Positions 51,558 to 61,368 of a DNA stretch of 64,000 nucleotides are shown one piece after another. Within the stretch, counting starts at the first letter, position 1; each line of letters opens with the position of its first letter. The stretch is from positions 38,432 to 102,431 of the IMG/VR virus record IMGVR_UViG_3300045988_147738. One strand, written 5' to 3'. This DNA comes from a virus. Below the pieces are notes generated by a model, which had not been told where the DNA came from, ran no database searches, and was given only the letters and a program-made list of their open reading frames with translations. A program made the translations under genes and the position numbers.

Positions 51558-52052
51558 TCACATTTTTTCCCATAAGTCAAATGGAGCATAATAAACTTTT
51601 TGATTGCGTGAGCCACGCATAGGTAAGGTAATATCTCGTTGCTCAATCTTGAATGGGCCGTCAATAATACAGTCAATATTATCAACAATATTTTTTAGAT
51701 GTGGCTCTCTACGCATAGCCAATTCATCCATTGTATACCCAGTCCATAAGAAAATTTTTGTTTTGGGAAGAGCTTCTTTAATATGTTCAATAATTAAATC
51801 TACAAGAAATAGATTTTCTGGGGCGAGAGGCTCTCCACCCATAATACAAAAATCACGATGTATACCATTAGCAGTAAGAGCATTCACTATATCATCTAAT
51901 GTATCTGTAGTAAATTCTTTTCCGCCATTAAAATCCCAAGTTTCTGGATTCTAACAACCTTCGCAATGTCTTGCACATCCTTGAATGAAAAATGAGACAC
52001 ACACTCCAGGAGCTCCAGCAATATCATTTTTAATTATTCCTGCGTATCTCAT
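51558..52052 (-). CDS. nrdG: Anaerobic ribonucleotide reductase activating protein, 164 aa. Extends ORF-track fragment 51558-51887 through one in-frame TAG.
   Basis: The extended N-terminus reads MRYAGIIKNDIAGAPGVCVSFFIQGCARHCEGC-TAG-NPETWDF. It carries the radical-SAM Cys cluster missing from the ORF-track fragment. Its ATG overlaps the nrdD TGA (ATGA). Confidence 0.75.
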
Positions 52053-54298
52053 TCCATCACTCCTACGTGTTTGACTCGATGTTCAACTTCATCTTGCTTT
52101 CCTAAATTAAATGCAGTTTTATAATTACCAGTTAAATAGCCGGTCACACGACGAAGTTGCTGGATTTCTTTACTACCACATTCTGGACATTTATCATTGA
52201 ATTCACCAGTATATCCACACTTGAGACAAGTGTCATTAGGAACATTTACAGCAAAATAAGGAATATCTTTATCCATAGCATAATTTACAATTTGTTCAAG
52301 AGCAGTTAAATTATTAGATACTGTAGAATCTAACTCAACATAAGTAATACAACCGGCATTACTATATCCAGTCAATTGACTCTCAATATCAATTTTGTCA
52401 AATGGGCTCATTTCTTTCCATACAGGAACATGAATTGAATTAGTAAAAAATTCTTTATCACTTACATTAGGAATTTCGCCATACTTAGCCTTAAATTTCT
52501 TCATTGCAGTATAGCAGAGATTTTCCGCGGGAGTGTAATAAACACCGAAGTTTAATTTATATTGTTCCTTAAATTCCGCACAACGCTGTTTAAATAAGGA
52601 TTCAATTTTTTTTGCTAATTCCATTCCTTCTGGAGTAGTGTGGTCAACGCCAATAAGAATTTGTAGAGTTTCTGCTAGCCCTAACTGGCCTAGAGCCAGT
52701 GTTCCATGTTTAAGCGCACTTCTAATTCCTTCTTCTGGAATGTAGCCTGCCATCAAATTATTTTCATACATGAATTTAGCTGAAGCTGGGCTTTGAGAGC
52801 AAATCCAATTAAAACGTTCAATTAATTGATCTTTTGCTTCATGAATTTTTTCATCAAGTAAAGTCATAAAACTTCTAATTCTAGCAGCTTTTGGAATTAA
52901 TTGAAAATCACTGTTTTCAGTGGCTTCTTTTGCCAGCATAGCTAATGTAGGCATAATAATGGTTACTGGACAAATATTTCCACGACCATCTTTTAATTGG
53001 CCTAAGCCGTTAATATCATATCCATTAGCGGTTCGGCATCCCATTGTGCTAAAATAGGTGCGTGGGTTATTAATATCATAGCCAGCATTTTCAGACCAAT
53101 CAACATTCGCATAATTAGGATATAATCTTTTAGCAGTAGATTTTAACGCAAGTTTAAATAAATCATAATTCGGGTCACCTGGTTCTCTATTAACACCCTT
53201 CATGCATTGGAAAATTCCACAAGGGAAAATAGAAGTTTTATGTAATTTACCTAATCCTTCAAGAGACACTTCTAATAGGGCTTTTGTAATCATTCTTCCT
53301 TCTGGAAGAGTACAAGTTCCATAGTTAATAGAAGTAAATGGAAGTTGGTTACCACTACGACTTTGAAGAGTATTTAAATTATGATACATACCTTCAACTG
53401 CTTGATGGATTTCTTTTTCTGTCTGTTTTAGAGCATAATTATAAGTATTTTGATGACCAAATTGACTTTGCAATTCTTTATTAGAAATTTCAATAGGCTC
53501 ACAATCACTCATAATTTGTAGAGCCATACCTTCACTATAATCATCAACATCAGTTAAATAGGCTTTAAAATGTTTTCTAAAACTCTTTTTAACATAAGGA
53601 ACCATAGTCCAATCAAGATGAGTAGCACTAACTCCACCAAACTGTTGAAGAGATTGTAATTGAAAAATAACTGCAACTAATTGGAATGCTGTATTTACTG
53701 AACCCGCTGGACGCACATCTGTTTGACGAGTATTAAATCCATTAGCAAGTAAATCATCAAATGGAATTGATAAACAGTTATGGTCGCCCACAGCATAATG
53801 GTCAAGGTCGTGAGTGTAAATCATATTCTCTTCATGATTACGTTTTGTGCGAGGAGATACGATATAATCAAGGGCATATTGTTTCATTAAGAGACTATTG
53901 GCTTCCCCCATACGCCCACCAAATGATGCTTCATCAACATTAGCATTTTGATTTTGAATATTAGCTCCACGAATTTTTTCACCAATCGCAGTAATAAATT
54001 CAGTTGAATGAGTGCGAGCGACTTCTTTTTTATATCTATAGCGAATATAAGCACGAGCAATATCAGGACGCTCTGATGCCATTAACGCTTCTTCAATCCA
54101 ATTTTGGATGTCTTCAACATTAACACTTCCATCGGGGAAATGACTCGCTCTATATTCTACTTCATCAGCGATGCTATTAATACTATCTGATTCAAAAATA
54201 TTTTTATCTACAGCAATAAATGCTTTAGTAATAGCATCAATAATTTTTTGTTTGTTAAATGGCATTACATCGCCATTACGTTTAATTATATAAAACAT
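52049..54298 (-). CDS. nrdD: Anaerobic (class III) ribonucleoside-triphosphate reductase, 749 aa
   Basis: C-terminal Zn ribbon CLKCGYTGEFNDKCPECG and glycyl-radical-type RRVTGYLTG. Length and nrdG coupling match the family. No TAG codons. Confidence 0.85.
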   Translation of the reverse strand: MFYIIKRNGDVMPFNKQKIIDAITKAFIAVDKNIFESDSINSIADEVEYRASHFPDGSVNVEDIQNWIEEALMASERPDIARAYIRYRYKKEVARTHSTEFITAIGEKIRGANIQNQNANVDEASFGGRMGEANSLLMKQYALDYIVSPRTKRNHEENMIYTHDLDHYAVGDHNCLSIPFDDLLANGFNTRQTDVRPAGSVNTAFQLVAVIFQLQSLQQFGGVSATHLDWTMVPYVKKSFRKHFKAYLTDVDDYSEGMALQIMSDCEPIEISNKELQSQFGHQNTYNYALKQTEKEIHQAVEGMYHNLNTLQSRSGNQLPFTSINYGTCTLPEGRMITKALLEVSLEGLGKLHKTSIFPCGIFQCMKGVNREPGDPNYDLFKLALKSTAKRLYPNYANVDWSENAGYDINNPRTYFSTMGCRTANGYDINGLGQLKDGRGNICPVTIIMPTLAMLAKEATENSDFQLIPKAARIRSFMTLLDEKIHEAKDQLIERFNWICSQSPASAKFMYENNLMAGYIPEEGIRSALKHGTLALGQLGLAETLQILIGVDHTTPEGMELAKKIESLFKQRCAEFKEQYKLNFGVYYTPAENLCYTAMKKFKAKYGEIPNVSDKEFFTNSIHVPVWKEMSPFDKIDIESQLTGYSNAGCITYVELDSTVSNNLTALEQIVNYAMDKDIPYFAVNVPNDTCLKCGYTGEFNDKCPECGSKEIQQLRRVTGYLTGNYKTAFNLGKQDEVEHRVKHVGVME

Positions 54299-54310
54299 TT
54301 ATAACCTCCG

Positions 54311-54354
54311 CACTAAATATAGTGGAAAAAATTAGGATATCCACTATATTTAGT
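54311..54354. promoter_or_regulatory. Perfect 16-bp inverted repeat immediately 5' of the nrdD RBS. NrdR-box-like operator pair, or a leader hairpin.
   Basis: CACTAAATATAGTGGA (54311-54326) and TCCACTATATTTAGTG (54339-54354). Each arm fits the near-palindromic NrdR-box shape CwAtATaTwG. Confidence 0.4.
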
Positions 54355-54370
54355 GTTTGTTGTAAATAAA

Positions 54371-54967
54371 TTAATAAGTTGTGTCCAGATGCTCCGGCCA
54401 CTGAGACAGAAATAATGCTAAATCTTTATATATACATTCTAATTCCGCGGGAGTATTATTTATATATAACCAATTACATAAATCATCAGCGTCTTCAAAA
54501 TCAAGTTTATCTGTTTTATATCGACGAATAATTTCATCAATATCCGGGTTAGCCTCTCGATTTAGCTATCTAATTAATCGAATTTTATCATCTGCGTGAA
54601 TATAAACGATAATTAAATTTACTCGTTTATCATGTAATAAAATCTCTGCGCCTTCTGGATTAAATACTCCTACATTGATAGCGCCTTCTTTGACTGATTC
54701 AATTCCTGTGCCATAGCACCATTCATTAAAAACAGTAGCTTCAAACATTTGATTCTATAAAATCATTTCAGCAAATTTTTCTGCTGAGATAAAATGGTAG
54801 TTAATACCATCCACTTCTTTTTCTCTTGGAGGTCTTGAAGTATAACTTATAATTTCATGTAGAGGTAATTTACCATTATAATAATGTTTTGTATCATCAA
54901 TTAGTTTACGGAGAATGGTATCTTTACCACTCCCCGCTTCACCAATTAATGCTAATATATTATACAT
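54371..54967 (-). CDS. P-loop (d)NMP / guanylate-kinase-like protein, 198 aa. Joins ORF-track fragments 54755-54967 and 54566-54748 plus a further segment through two TAGs.
   Basis: P-loop GEAGSGKDT in the first fragment, Gmk-like ...FNEWCYGT... in the second. The TAGs at 54755-54757 and 54566-54568 fall inside the conserved fold. TAA at 54371-54373. Confidence 0.65.
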
Positions 54968-57900
54968 TAATTAGCTCCTCCATTGTATCTTTCATCTTTT
55001 AATTCAATATCACCATTATCTAAAATTTTATCAATTTTATACAACTGGTGACCGCCAGAACTAGCATACTTTTTTGCTATAAAATTATCGCCTTGACGAA
55101 TGCCTTGAACAGCAATCATATTACCACGATTAAACCAACTTTTTTCCATTACTTTTTTAGTGCCATCAATTTGTTTTTCTGAAATCTGTTTATCAAATAA
55201 TGAGAAATATTCTTTTCTAAATTTAACTTCGACAACTCCAGAAGTAGTAAGTAATGTAACTGTAGATTTAGTTTTATTTTTAGCAATACAAGTTCCGCAA
55301 ATCTTATGTAATTTATACATAGTAATTGTTTTATTGCCTTTAGAAAATGTTTTATCAATAATGGGCTCTTCTGGCAGATGGAAGAAATCAACAAATCCAT
55401 ATTTACTATTATTTACATGGGCTAATTCATGCTCATGATAATAGAAACATAAGACTTCCATTTCCCACGCTGAAATAGATTTAGATGCATATTTATCCCA
55501 ATCTTCTTTAAATATTTTATTATTTAATTTATTTAAAATAATATCTTTATTTTCTGCAATCCAAGTTCGGAATATATCCATATATTTTTGATATACTTTA
55601 TCCCAAGCTTTAGAATCTAATAAATAACAACTACCAATTAAATCATCGCAACCAATTTCAATTAAAAAATTAATCGCTCGTTCATCAACTTTATAGATAT
55701 TACCATCTTTACAAACAGCTTTTAAATATCTATTAAATTCATAAACTCGTCTTGCCATTACATATTCATCTTTATCTTCTGGTAATAAATTATAACGAAT
55801 TAGAGTTGCTAAATTTTGTAATGTTAAACGAGATTTTTTATCACACGTTTCCCAAATATACCAAATCATTAAATCTTTACGGTCCATCATTTCATCAAAT
55901 GCACCGCTTTTAATCAATGAAATCATTGCTTGCTTACTTGGTTTAATACGATAATAAAAATCTTTCACTGATATATACGGACGATTTGCAATAATATTAT
56001 TAATCAAATCATCGCCAACGTTCAACAATCCTTTTAAGCCAAATAAAATTTGGTTATTTTCAACATCAGGCGCAAATCCAAATCTAGCTTTATTAATATC
56101 AGCCAAACTTACTTTAATACCAGCTGACTGTATATCTCCAATAGCTTTTGCGATTTTACCATAATCAGTGCTAGCTACTTTTTTATTTTTTGATTTATTC
56201 TCCATTATATCTTCTGGAGACGCACCACAATATTCTTCACCGGAATAATCATAATCTTCATCAGTTATTTCTTCTGGTTTATTTTCTAACGCTCCACTGT
56301 TTACAATTAAACAAGCGCAATTCCAATAAATAGGATTGAAATTAATTGCCAAATAAATCATTTGAATTGCAACAAATGAATAAGGAAGAGAGTGATTTAA
56401 GCTAAACGCATATCCTAACTGAGGAGCGATCGCATTTTCCCAAAAATATTCAGCATTATGTTCATTAGTAAATTTACTAAATACTTGCTCTTTTAATTGA
56501 GGAATTTTTGCCATTTGCTTTTTAGCAACAACTTTACGCGCGCTATTTGCTTCGCCTAATGTAAATCCAGCGACATCCATAAGGATTTCCATCATTTGCT
56601 CTTGAAGTGGACAACATCCATAATATCTATCACAATGCTTGTGCATTTTTTCAATCATTTCTTCTGGCAAATGATTATCTTTCATTTCTTTATCAAAAAC
56701 TTGAATACCAGCTTTTTGGATTCGATAATATCTATCTTGCTGACTTTCTTTGCCCTTTTCACTCATTAGACGCATCATAGCGTTTGCAGCGGTCATTTCC
56801 ATAGGATCTTTTGGTTTCAATTTTTTAGCAATAGCTAAACCTACACCAGTAGAGAATTGGAATACGTCAAGAATATCTCCTGCCGCCAAGTGTTCCCAAA
56901 TGCGTTTATCAGAAGTATCTATTACTTCTGGATGAAGATATTTATTATAAAAATCACGTAGACCAATATCAGGGATTTGATTATCTTCTTTTAATAAATT
57001 ATAGCATTGAATAATTTTATCGCAAGCTTCTGTTACCAGGAAGTCATATTTAGTATCTCCGGCGGCTTCGGCTTTATGTAAGTCCCAACAAGTAATTAAA
57101 TCACCACTAGGAGTTTTCATAAATGATGCAGTTTCAAATGGGTCTTCACCATATAAAATAACACCAGAAGCATGAGAAGAACGTTTATTAATAATTCCTT
57201 CAATATATACAATAATATCCAATAAACCAGGATATTGATTTACCTTTTGGATAAATGTAGTAACTGGCTTTCTATCTTTATCAGGATTACCATTTACCAC
57301 ATCTTTCATCGGCCATAAAATTCCACGTTCCTGCGGGATTAATGAAGACATAAATTGAGCTTCATCTACATCAATACCATTGGGATAATCATCACTTCTA
57401 TAGCCACGACAAGCAGTTAAGATTGCTTGCTTTGTTCCTTCAGTTCCAAATGTTGCAACTTGAATTAAACCTAATGTTCCACGTTCTTTACGAATAGCAC
57501 TAAAAATTGCAGGGCGTTTACTTGGCGCAAGATCGATATCAATATCAGGCAATTCCGCGCGCTCTAAATTTAAGAAACGCCAATATGGTAATCCCCAACG
57601 AATTGGATCTAGCTGAGTAATTCCTAATAAATAATTAGATAAGAAACCAGTTGCTGAACCTCGACCAGGACCAACAATACTCCCGCACTCCCAAAATAAA
57701 TCAATATAATGTTTAAATGTATTAAAATAAGCAAACAAACAGTCTTCAAGTTTTTCGCCAATATTTTTAATTACATTAGCTTCAGTTTCAAGACGAGATA
57801 TATATATTTCATTCTCATATAATTGTTTTTCTTGCAAGGCTTTAATACATTCATTTACCCAATATCGTTCTTGAATATCATCACTATTAATTAATGAACA

Positions 57901-58938
57901 AATAACAGGATATTTCTCAAGCCAATCTGCTGGAATAAATCCTTTTTTATAATCAATTACTTCTACTCTTGGAATTTGTTGTTTACGTTCCAGAGAATAA
58001 AATTTTATTTTCTTTTGAATTTCTAATGTATTGTCAAAAATCCAATTCATAATCTCTTGAGGAGTTTTATCTTTATCCCAAGTATCCATATATGGTAGCA
58101 TTAATTCTTCTACTTCATCACTATTCATTACATAAGCAAACTCATAGAATGAATCAACTTCACGCTCGCCATCTTTAGAATTTAAATAAGCTTTATGAAT
58201 TGGTCTATCTTTCTTTGTTAAATAATGAGCATCGGTTCCAATTACCATTTTTAAATCATATGCTTTTGCTACTTGATAAATCTTTTGATTTACTACAAGT
58301 TGGTCTTTCATGGTAGATGGAGCGCACTCCAAATAAAAATCATCTTTACCAAAAACATTTATACAAAATTCAATGAATTTAACAACATTATTATAATAAA
58401 TGCTTTTAGTTTGCATATCGCCTACTACTTCAGCCTCATACATTGGATATAAATTAGAACCTAATTCACCACCAATGCAAGCTGTTGTTGCGATAACATG
58501 TCCTTTGTATTGTGCCATTACATTTTTTAATTCAGACTTTAATGTTGGCACACGTTCCATTTTTCTATCAGTATAAGAATTAATCCAAGCAATTGAACTT
58601 AATTCTTTTAATGCTTTATAACCAATTTCATCTTTTGCCAATAGAATAAAATGATAATACTTTTGACCACAATCTCTTGTATCAGTTAAATAAATTTCAT
58701 TACCTAGCGCAATAGTAAAATCAGGATGCTCTTTTAAAAAATCTTTTGCAAATTGATTAACTTCCATATGAGCAGATAAACAGTCATGGTCAGTAATTGC
58801 TATACCACTTAATCCTAATTTTTCTGCTGTTTTAATCAACTCTTCTGGTCTATTAATAGAATCTAATAAACGCAGATTTGAATAGTGAGTATGGTTGTGT
58901 ACGCCAAAATATGGTCGCATAATCCACCTCTTTCTCAT
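54967..58938 (-). CDS. DNA polymerase III alpha subunit (DnaE-type, N-terminal PHP domain), 1323 aa
   Basis: N-terminus ...HNHTHYSNLRLLDS...GLSGIAITDHD. Length and architecture match Pol III alpha. No TAG codons. AAGAGGTGG RBS. Confidence 0.8.
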   Translation of the reverse strand: MRKRWIMRPYFGVHNHTHYSNLRLLDSINRPEELIKTAEKLGLSGIAITDHDCLSAHMEVNQFAKDFLKEHPDFTIALGNEIYLTDTRDCGQKYYHFILLAKDEIGYKALKELSSIAWINSYTDRKMERVPTLKSELKNVMAQYKGHVIATTACIGGELGSNLYPMYEAEVVGDMQTKSIYYNNVVKFIEFCINVFGKDDFYLECAPSTMKDQLVVNQKIYQVAKAYDLKMVIGTDAHYLTKKDRPIHKAYLNSKDGEREVDSFYEFAYVMNSDEVEELMLPYMDTWDKDKTPQEIMNWIFDNTLEIQKKIKFYSLERKQQIPRVEVIDYKKGFIPADWLEKYPVICSLINSDDIQERYWVNECIKALQEKQLYENEIYISRLETEANVIKNIGEKLEDCLFAYFNTFKHYIDLFWECGSIVGPGRGSATGFLSNYLLGITQLDPIRWGLPYWRFLNLERAELPDIDIDLAPSKRPAIFSAIRKERGTLGLIQVATFGTEGTKQAILTACRGYRSDDYPNGIDVDEAQFMSSLIPQERGILWPMKDVVNGNPDKDRKPVTTFIQKVNQYPGLLDIIVYIEGIINKRSSHASGVILYGEDPFETASFMKTPSGDLITCWDLHKAEAAGDTKYDFLVTEACDKIIQCYNLLKEDNQIPDIGLRDFYNKYLHPEVIDTSDKRIWEHLAAGDILDVFQFSTGVGLAIAKKLKPKDPMEMTAANAMMRLMSEKGKESQQDRYYRIQKAGIQVFDKEMKDNHLPEEMIEKMHKHCDRYYGCCPLQEQMMEILMDVAGFTLGEANSARKVVAKKQMAKIPQLKEQVFSKFTNEHNAEYFWENAIAPQLGYAFSLNHSLPYSFVAIQMIYLAINFNPIYWNCACLIVNSGALENKPEEITDEDYDYSGEEYCGASPEDIMENKSKNKKVASTDYGKIAKAIGDIQSAGIKVSLADINKARFGFAPDVENNQILFGLKGLLNVGDDLINNIIANRPYISVKDFYYRIKPSKQAMISLIKSGAFDEMMDRKDLMIWYIWETCDKKSRLTLQNLATLIRYNLLPEDKDEYVMARRVYEFNRYLKAVCKDGNIYKVDERAINFLIEIGCDDLIGSCYLLDSKAWDKVYQKYMDIFRTWIAENKDIILNKLNNKIFKEDWDKYASKSISAWEMEVLCFYYHEHELAHVNNSKYGFVDFFHLPEEPIIDKTFSKGNKTITMYKLHKICGTCIAKNKTKSTVTLLTTSGVVEVKFRKEYFSLFDKQISEKQIDGTKKVMEKSWFNRGNMIAVQGIRQGDNFIAKKYASSGGHQLYKIDKILDNGDIELKDERYNGGAN

Positions 58939-58957
58939 TTATTTTATTTATAATAAT

Positions 58958-58986
58958 ATTATATCATATAATTTATTATAAATCAA
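58958..58986 (-). promoter_or_regulatory. Candidate sigma70-type promoter for the polymerase operon
   Basis: On the minus strand: TTGATT, 17 nt, TATAAT, just upstream of the RBS. Confidence 0.35.
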
Positions 58987-58991
58987 TTGAA

Positions 58992-60188
58992 TTATTTTCT
59001 AATAAGAACTAAACGCTCTTTAGCTCTTGTGGCTAAAGTATATAGATATTTTTTATGAGTTTCTCTATCATATGGAGGAGCTTCTTCAAATCCTAATACT
59101 TTATTATATTCACTACCTTGGGCCTTCCAACAAGTAATAGCATAGGCATATGAAAAATCAAATGGAGGGTCAGGACAATTTTTATTCTTTTTAATTTGAT
59201 AAATTTGTTTTCCTTCAAATGTTCTTTTGCCAGTTAATAATTGATTATAATCAATAGGGACTCCACAAAATGTATCATTATCATCAAGTCTTAATTGAGC
59301 ATACATAAATGGTACAGGATTTTTATAAATCCAATATGGGAATCGTATGTCTTCGACATAAAAATCTTCTAATGTTCCAATAGTCCCATTAGTTAATGCC
59401 CATGTATGATTAGAAGATATAAAATCCCATTGATTATGTAATCCAATTAATTTATCTCCAATACAAGGCCGGGCTGGGTCATATCCTTTTTGAGTTCGGA
59501 TTATACGATTAATATCATTTCGTTTTTCATTTGTTGAGCAAATAATTTGGTCTGCCCAATTATACATCTAAGGAAGCATTTCATCCCATTTAAATCGAAT
59601 TAAAACTTGCTCTTCAGTGCCTTTATATGAAGAAATTGGTTTGTTATCACGAATCCACATTGAAAATCTAATAATTTCACTATCTTGAGCTTGACGCATA
59701 ATTTCATCAAGGAAAACATGCGGATTGTCGAGCACATGATTATTATCTTCATCGACTATTGGCGGTAATTGACCGGGGTCTCCAGTAGCTAAAATATAGA
59801 TGCCATGAGATAAAAGCAATTCCCACATAGCTTTAGGGAGCATTGAAACTTCGTCTACTACAATTACTTTATAGTGTACTATTTCTTCTCTCGGTCTTGG
59901 AAAAAATTTATATGTTCCATTAGGGGTAATCCGTGCTTTATATAATAACTAATGAGCAGTAGTTGCATTTGGGCAACCTTTAGTCTAGAGAACTGTAGCT
60001 GCTTTACCCGTAAATGCCACATAACAAACTTCTTCTTCTGGATTTACTCCCAAGGCAGAGATAATAAATTTAATTAGAGTTGATTTACCACTTCCAGCAT
60101 AACCTGCTATTACTGTATATCGTTCTTTATTTTTATATCGTTCTACTGCTATCTTTAATCCTTGTTCTTGTTTATTTGTTAAAATCAT
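58992..60188 (-). CDS. SF1 Dda/RecD-like DNA helicase, 398 aa. Joins three ORF-track fragments through 3 TAGs.
   Basis: Walker A IAGYAGSGKST, TGKAATVL, T-A-H-(TAG)-L-L, VIVVDEVSM, and GDPGQLPPI in the middle fragment. TAGs at 59985-87, 59949-51 and 59568-70 were hand-verified as in frame. Confidence 0.7.
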
Positions 60189-60216
60189 TTATATCACCAT
60201 TTTGGTATAAAAATTT

Positions 60217-60420
60217 TTAAATCACTTTTTCATTTTGGATTTCGGTTCTCAGAGCCATAAACGACTGAGCGAAATCTTTTGGTGTTGTAAGGAATGTCTC
60301 TACGAAAATTTTACTAATTTCAAATACTTCATTATATATCTCATTATTAGATTTTTCTGTATTATATAATAAATTATGTAAGTCTTGAGTAATATCCCAA
60401 GCTAATTTAAATTCTGTCAT
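60217..60420 (-). CDS. Small hypothetical protein, about 67 aa. The longer ORF-track version runs through a terminator hairpin.
   Basis: Internal Met of ORF 60217-60504, after the hairpin. No RBS. Confidence 0.25.
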   Translation of the reverse strand: MTEFKLAWDITQDLHNLLYNTEKSNNEIYNEVFEISKIFVETFLTTPKDFAQSFMALRTEIQNEKVI

Positions 60421-60431
60421 ATTATTTCTAT

Positions 60432-60476
60432 AAATGAAAATAAGGGTTATATGGAGAAATACCTCTCCATATAACC
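60432..60476 (-). terminator. Hairpin plus T-run terminator on the minus strand after the lipoprotein gene
   Basis: GGGTTATATGGAG, loop, CTCTCCATATAACC. Followed on the minus strand by TTATTTTCATTT. Confidence 0.5.
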
Positions 60477-60484
60477 ATATATAA

Positions 60485-61315
60485 TTAAGATGCAAAATAT
60501 TCAAAAGCGATTAAAGCATTTGATTGTCTCACATCATAAGAACCTGATCCACAGCGCTCATAACATTTAGCAAATGCTAATGCAATTTCTTCAATATCAG
60601 TCATTTCAATAAAATCATCATAATCAAATCCTGATTTATATTCACCACCAAATGAATTAAATTCATTTTCAATAGTTTCAACTAAATATTGACATTGTTC
60701 AGATAAATTCATACCTTTAGTATTACTATATTTTAAACTCCATTGACATATGCCATAATATCCTGGATGAGTATTGGTAGTATGTTCAATATCTAAAGTA
60801 TGCCCACCAACCTCAGCCATTATATTGCCAAGGATACCCGCGCATATTTCATCGCTATACCCTTGATCGCTTAAATATAGCCAAATACTAGAAGCAGTTG
60901 GATATTTCTCAATTCGAATTTCCCAACATTTTTGTTCTAACCGATTTTCATAAATTGTAATCAATTCATTTAATTGTTCAATTTCAGCGGTTGTTGTTTT
61001 AACTACTGGATGTTTATCAGTGTATCCTAAATTATCAGCCAATACTAGCATTTGTTCAGCGGATTCTTTTAATGTTTTACACTCTTGGATTAGTGTTCTT
61101 AATTCTTGTGTATCTTCTGTTTTAGATATATTTCTAATTTGTTTATACTCAATAGTAGTAGTAAGATCTACCACAGAAGACATTTCAGAAGGGATGTAAG
61201 CTTCCGAAAGTGCATTTCGAGTAATAGCTGACGCTTCAACGATTTTAACGCTGCATCCAATAATTAATACACAGCTTAATGCAATCAGCCATTTATTCAA
61301 AATAGTATTTTTCAT
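60485..61315 (-). CDS. Secreted lipoprotein, 276 aa, with a lytic-transglycosylase/lysozyme-like C-terminal domain
   Basis: Signal peptide plus lipobox (LIIGCSV). C-terminus ...MAEVGGHTLDIEH...GYYGICQWS resembles SLT-type E...GxxQ motifs. AGGAGG RBS. Confidence 0.5.
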   Translation of the reverse strand: MKNTILNKWLIALSCVLIIGCSVKIVEASAITRNALSEAYIPSEMSSVVDLTTTIEYKQIRNISKTEDTQELRTLIQECKTLKESAEQMLVLADNLGYTDKHPVVKTTTAEIEQLNELITIYENRLEQKCWEIRIEKYPTASSIWLYLSDQGYSDEICAGILGNIMAEVGGHTLDIEHTTNTHPGYYGICQWSLKYSNTKGMNLSEQCQYLVETIENEFNSFGGEYKSGFDYDDFIEMTDIEEIALAFAKCYERCGSGSYDVRQSNALIAFEYFAS

Positions 61316-61368
61316 AATTGTAATTCCTCCTAATAGGTTTTTGGTCTATTAGTCGTAAGTGTCAATTA

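Noticed and set aside
54311-54354. Treating the inverted repeat upstream of nrdD simply as a rho-independent terminator
   Set aside because: There is no T-run following it on the transcribed (minus) strand. It sits between the promoter region and the nrdD RBS, so an operator or leader structure is more consistent with its position.
60421-60504. N-terminal 28 aa of ORF 60217-60504 overlapping the lipoprotein gene
   Set aside because: Translation runs through a perfect 13-bp hairpin with a T-run (a terminator). This is more likely non-coding, so the gene, if real, starts at the internal Met.
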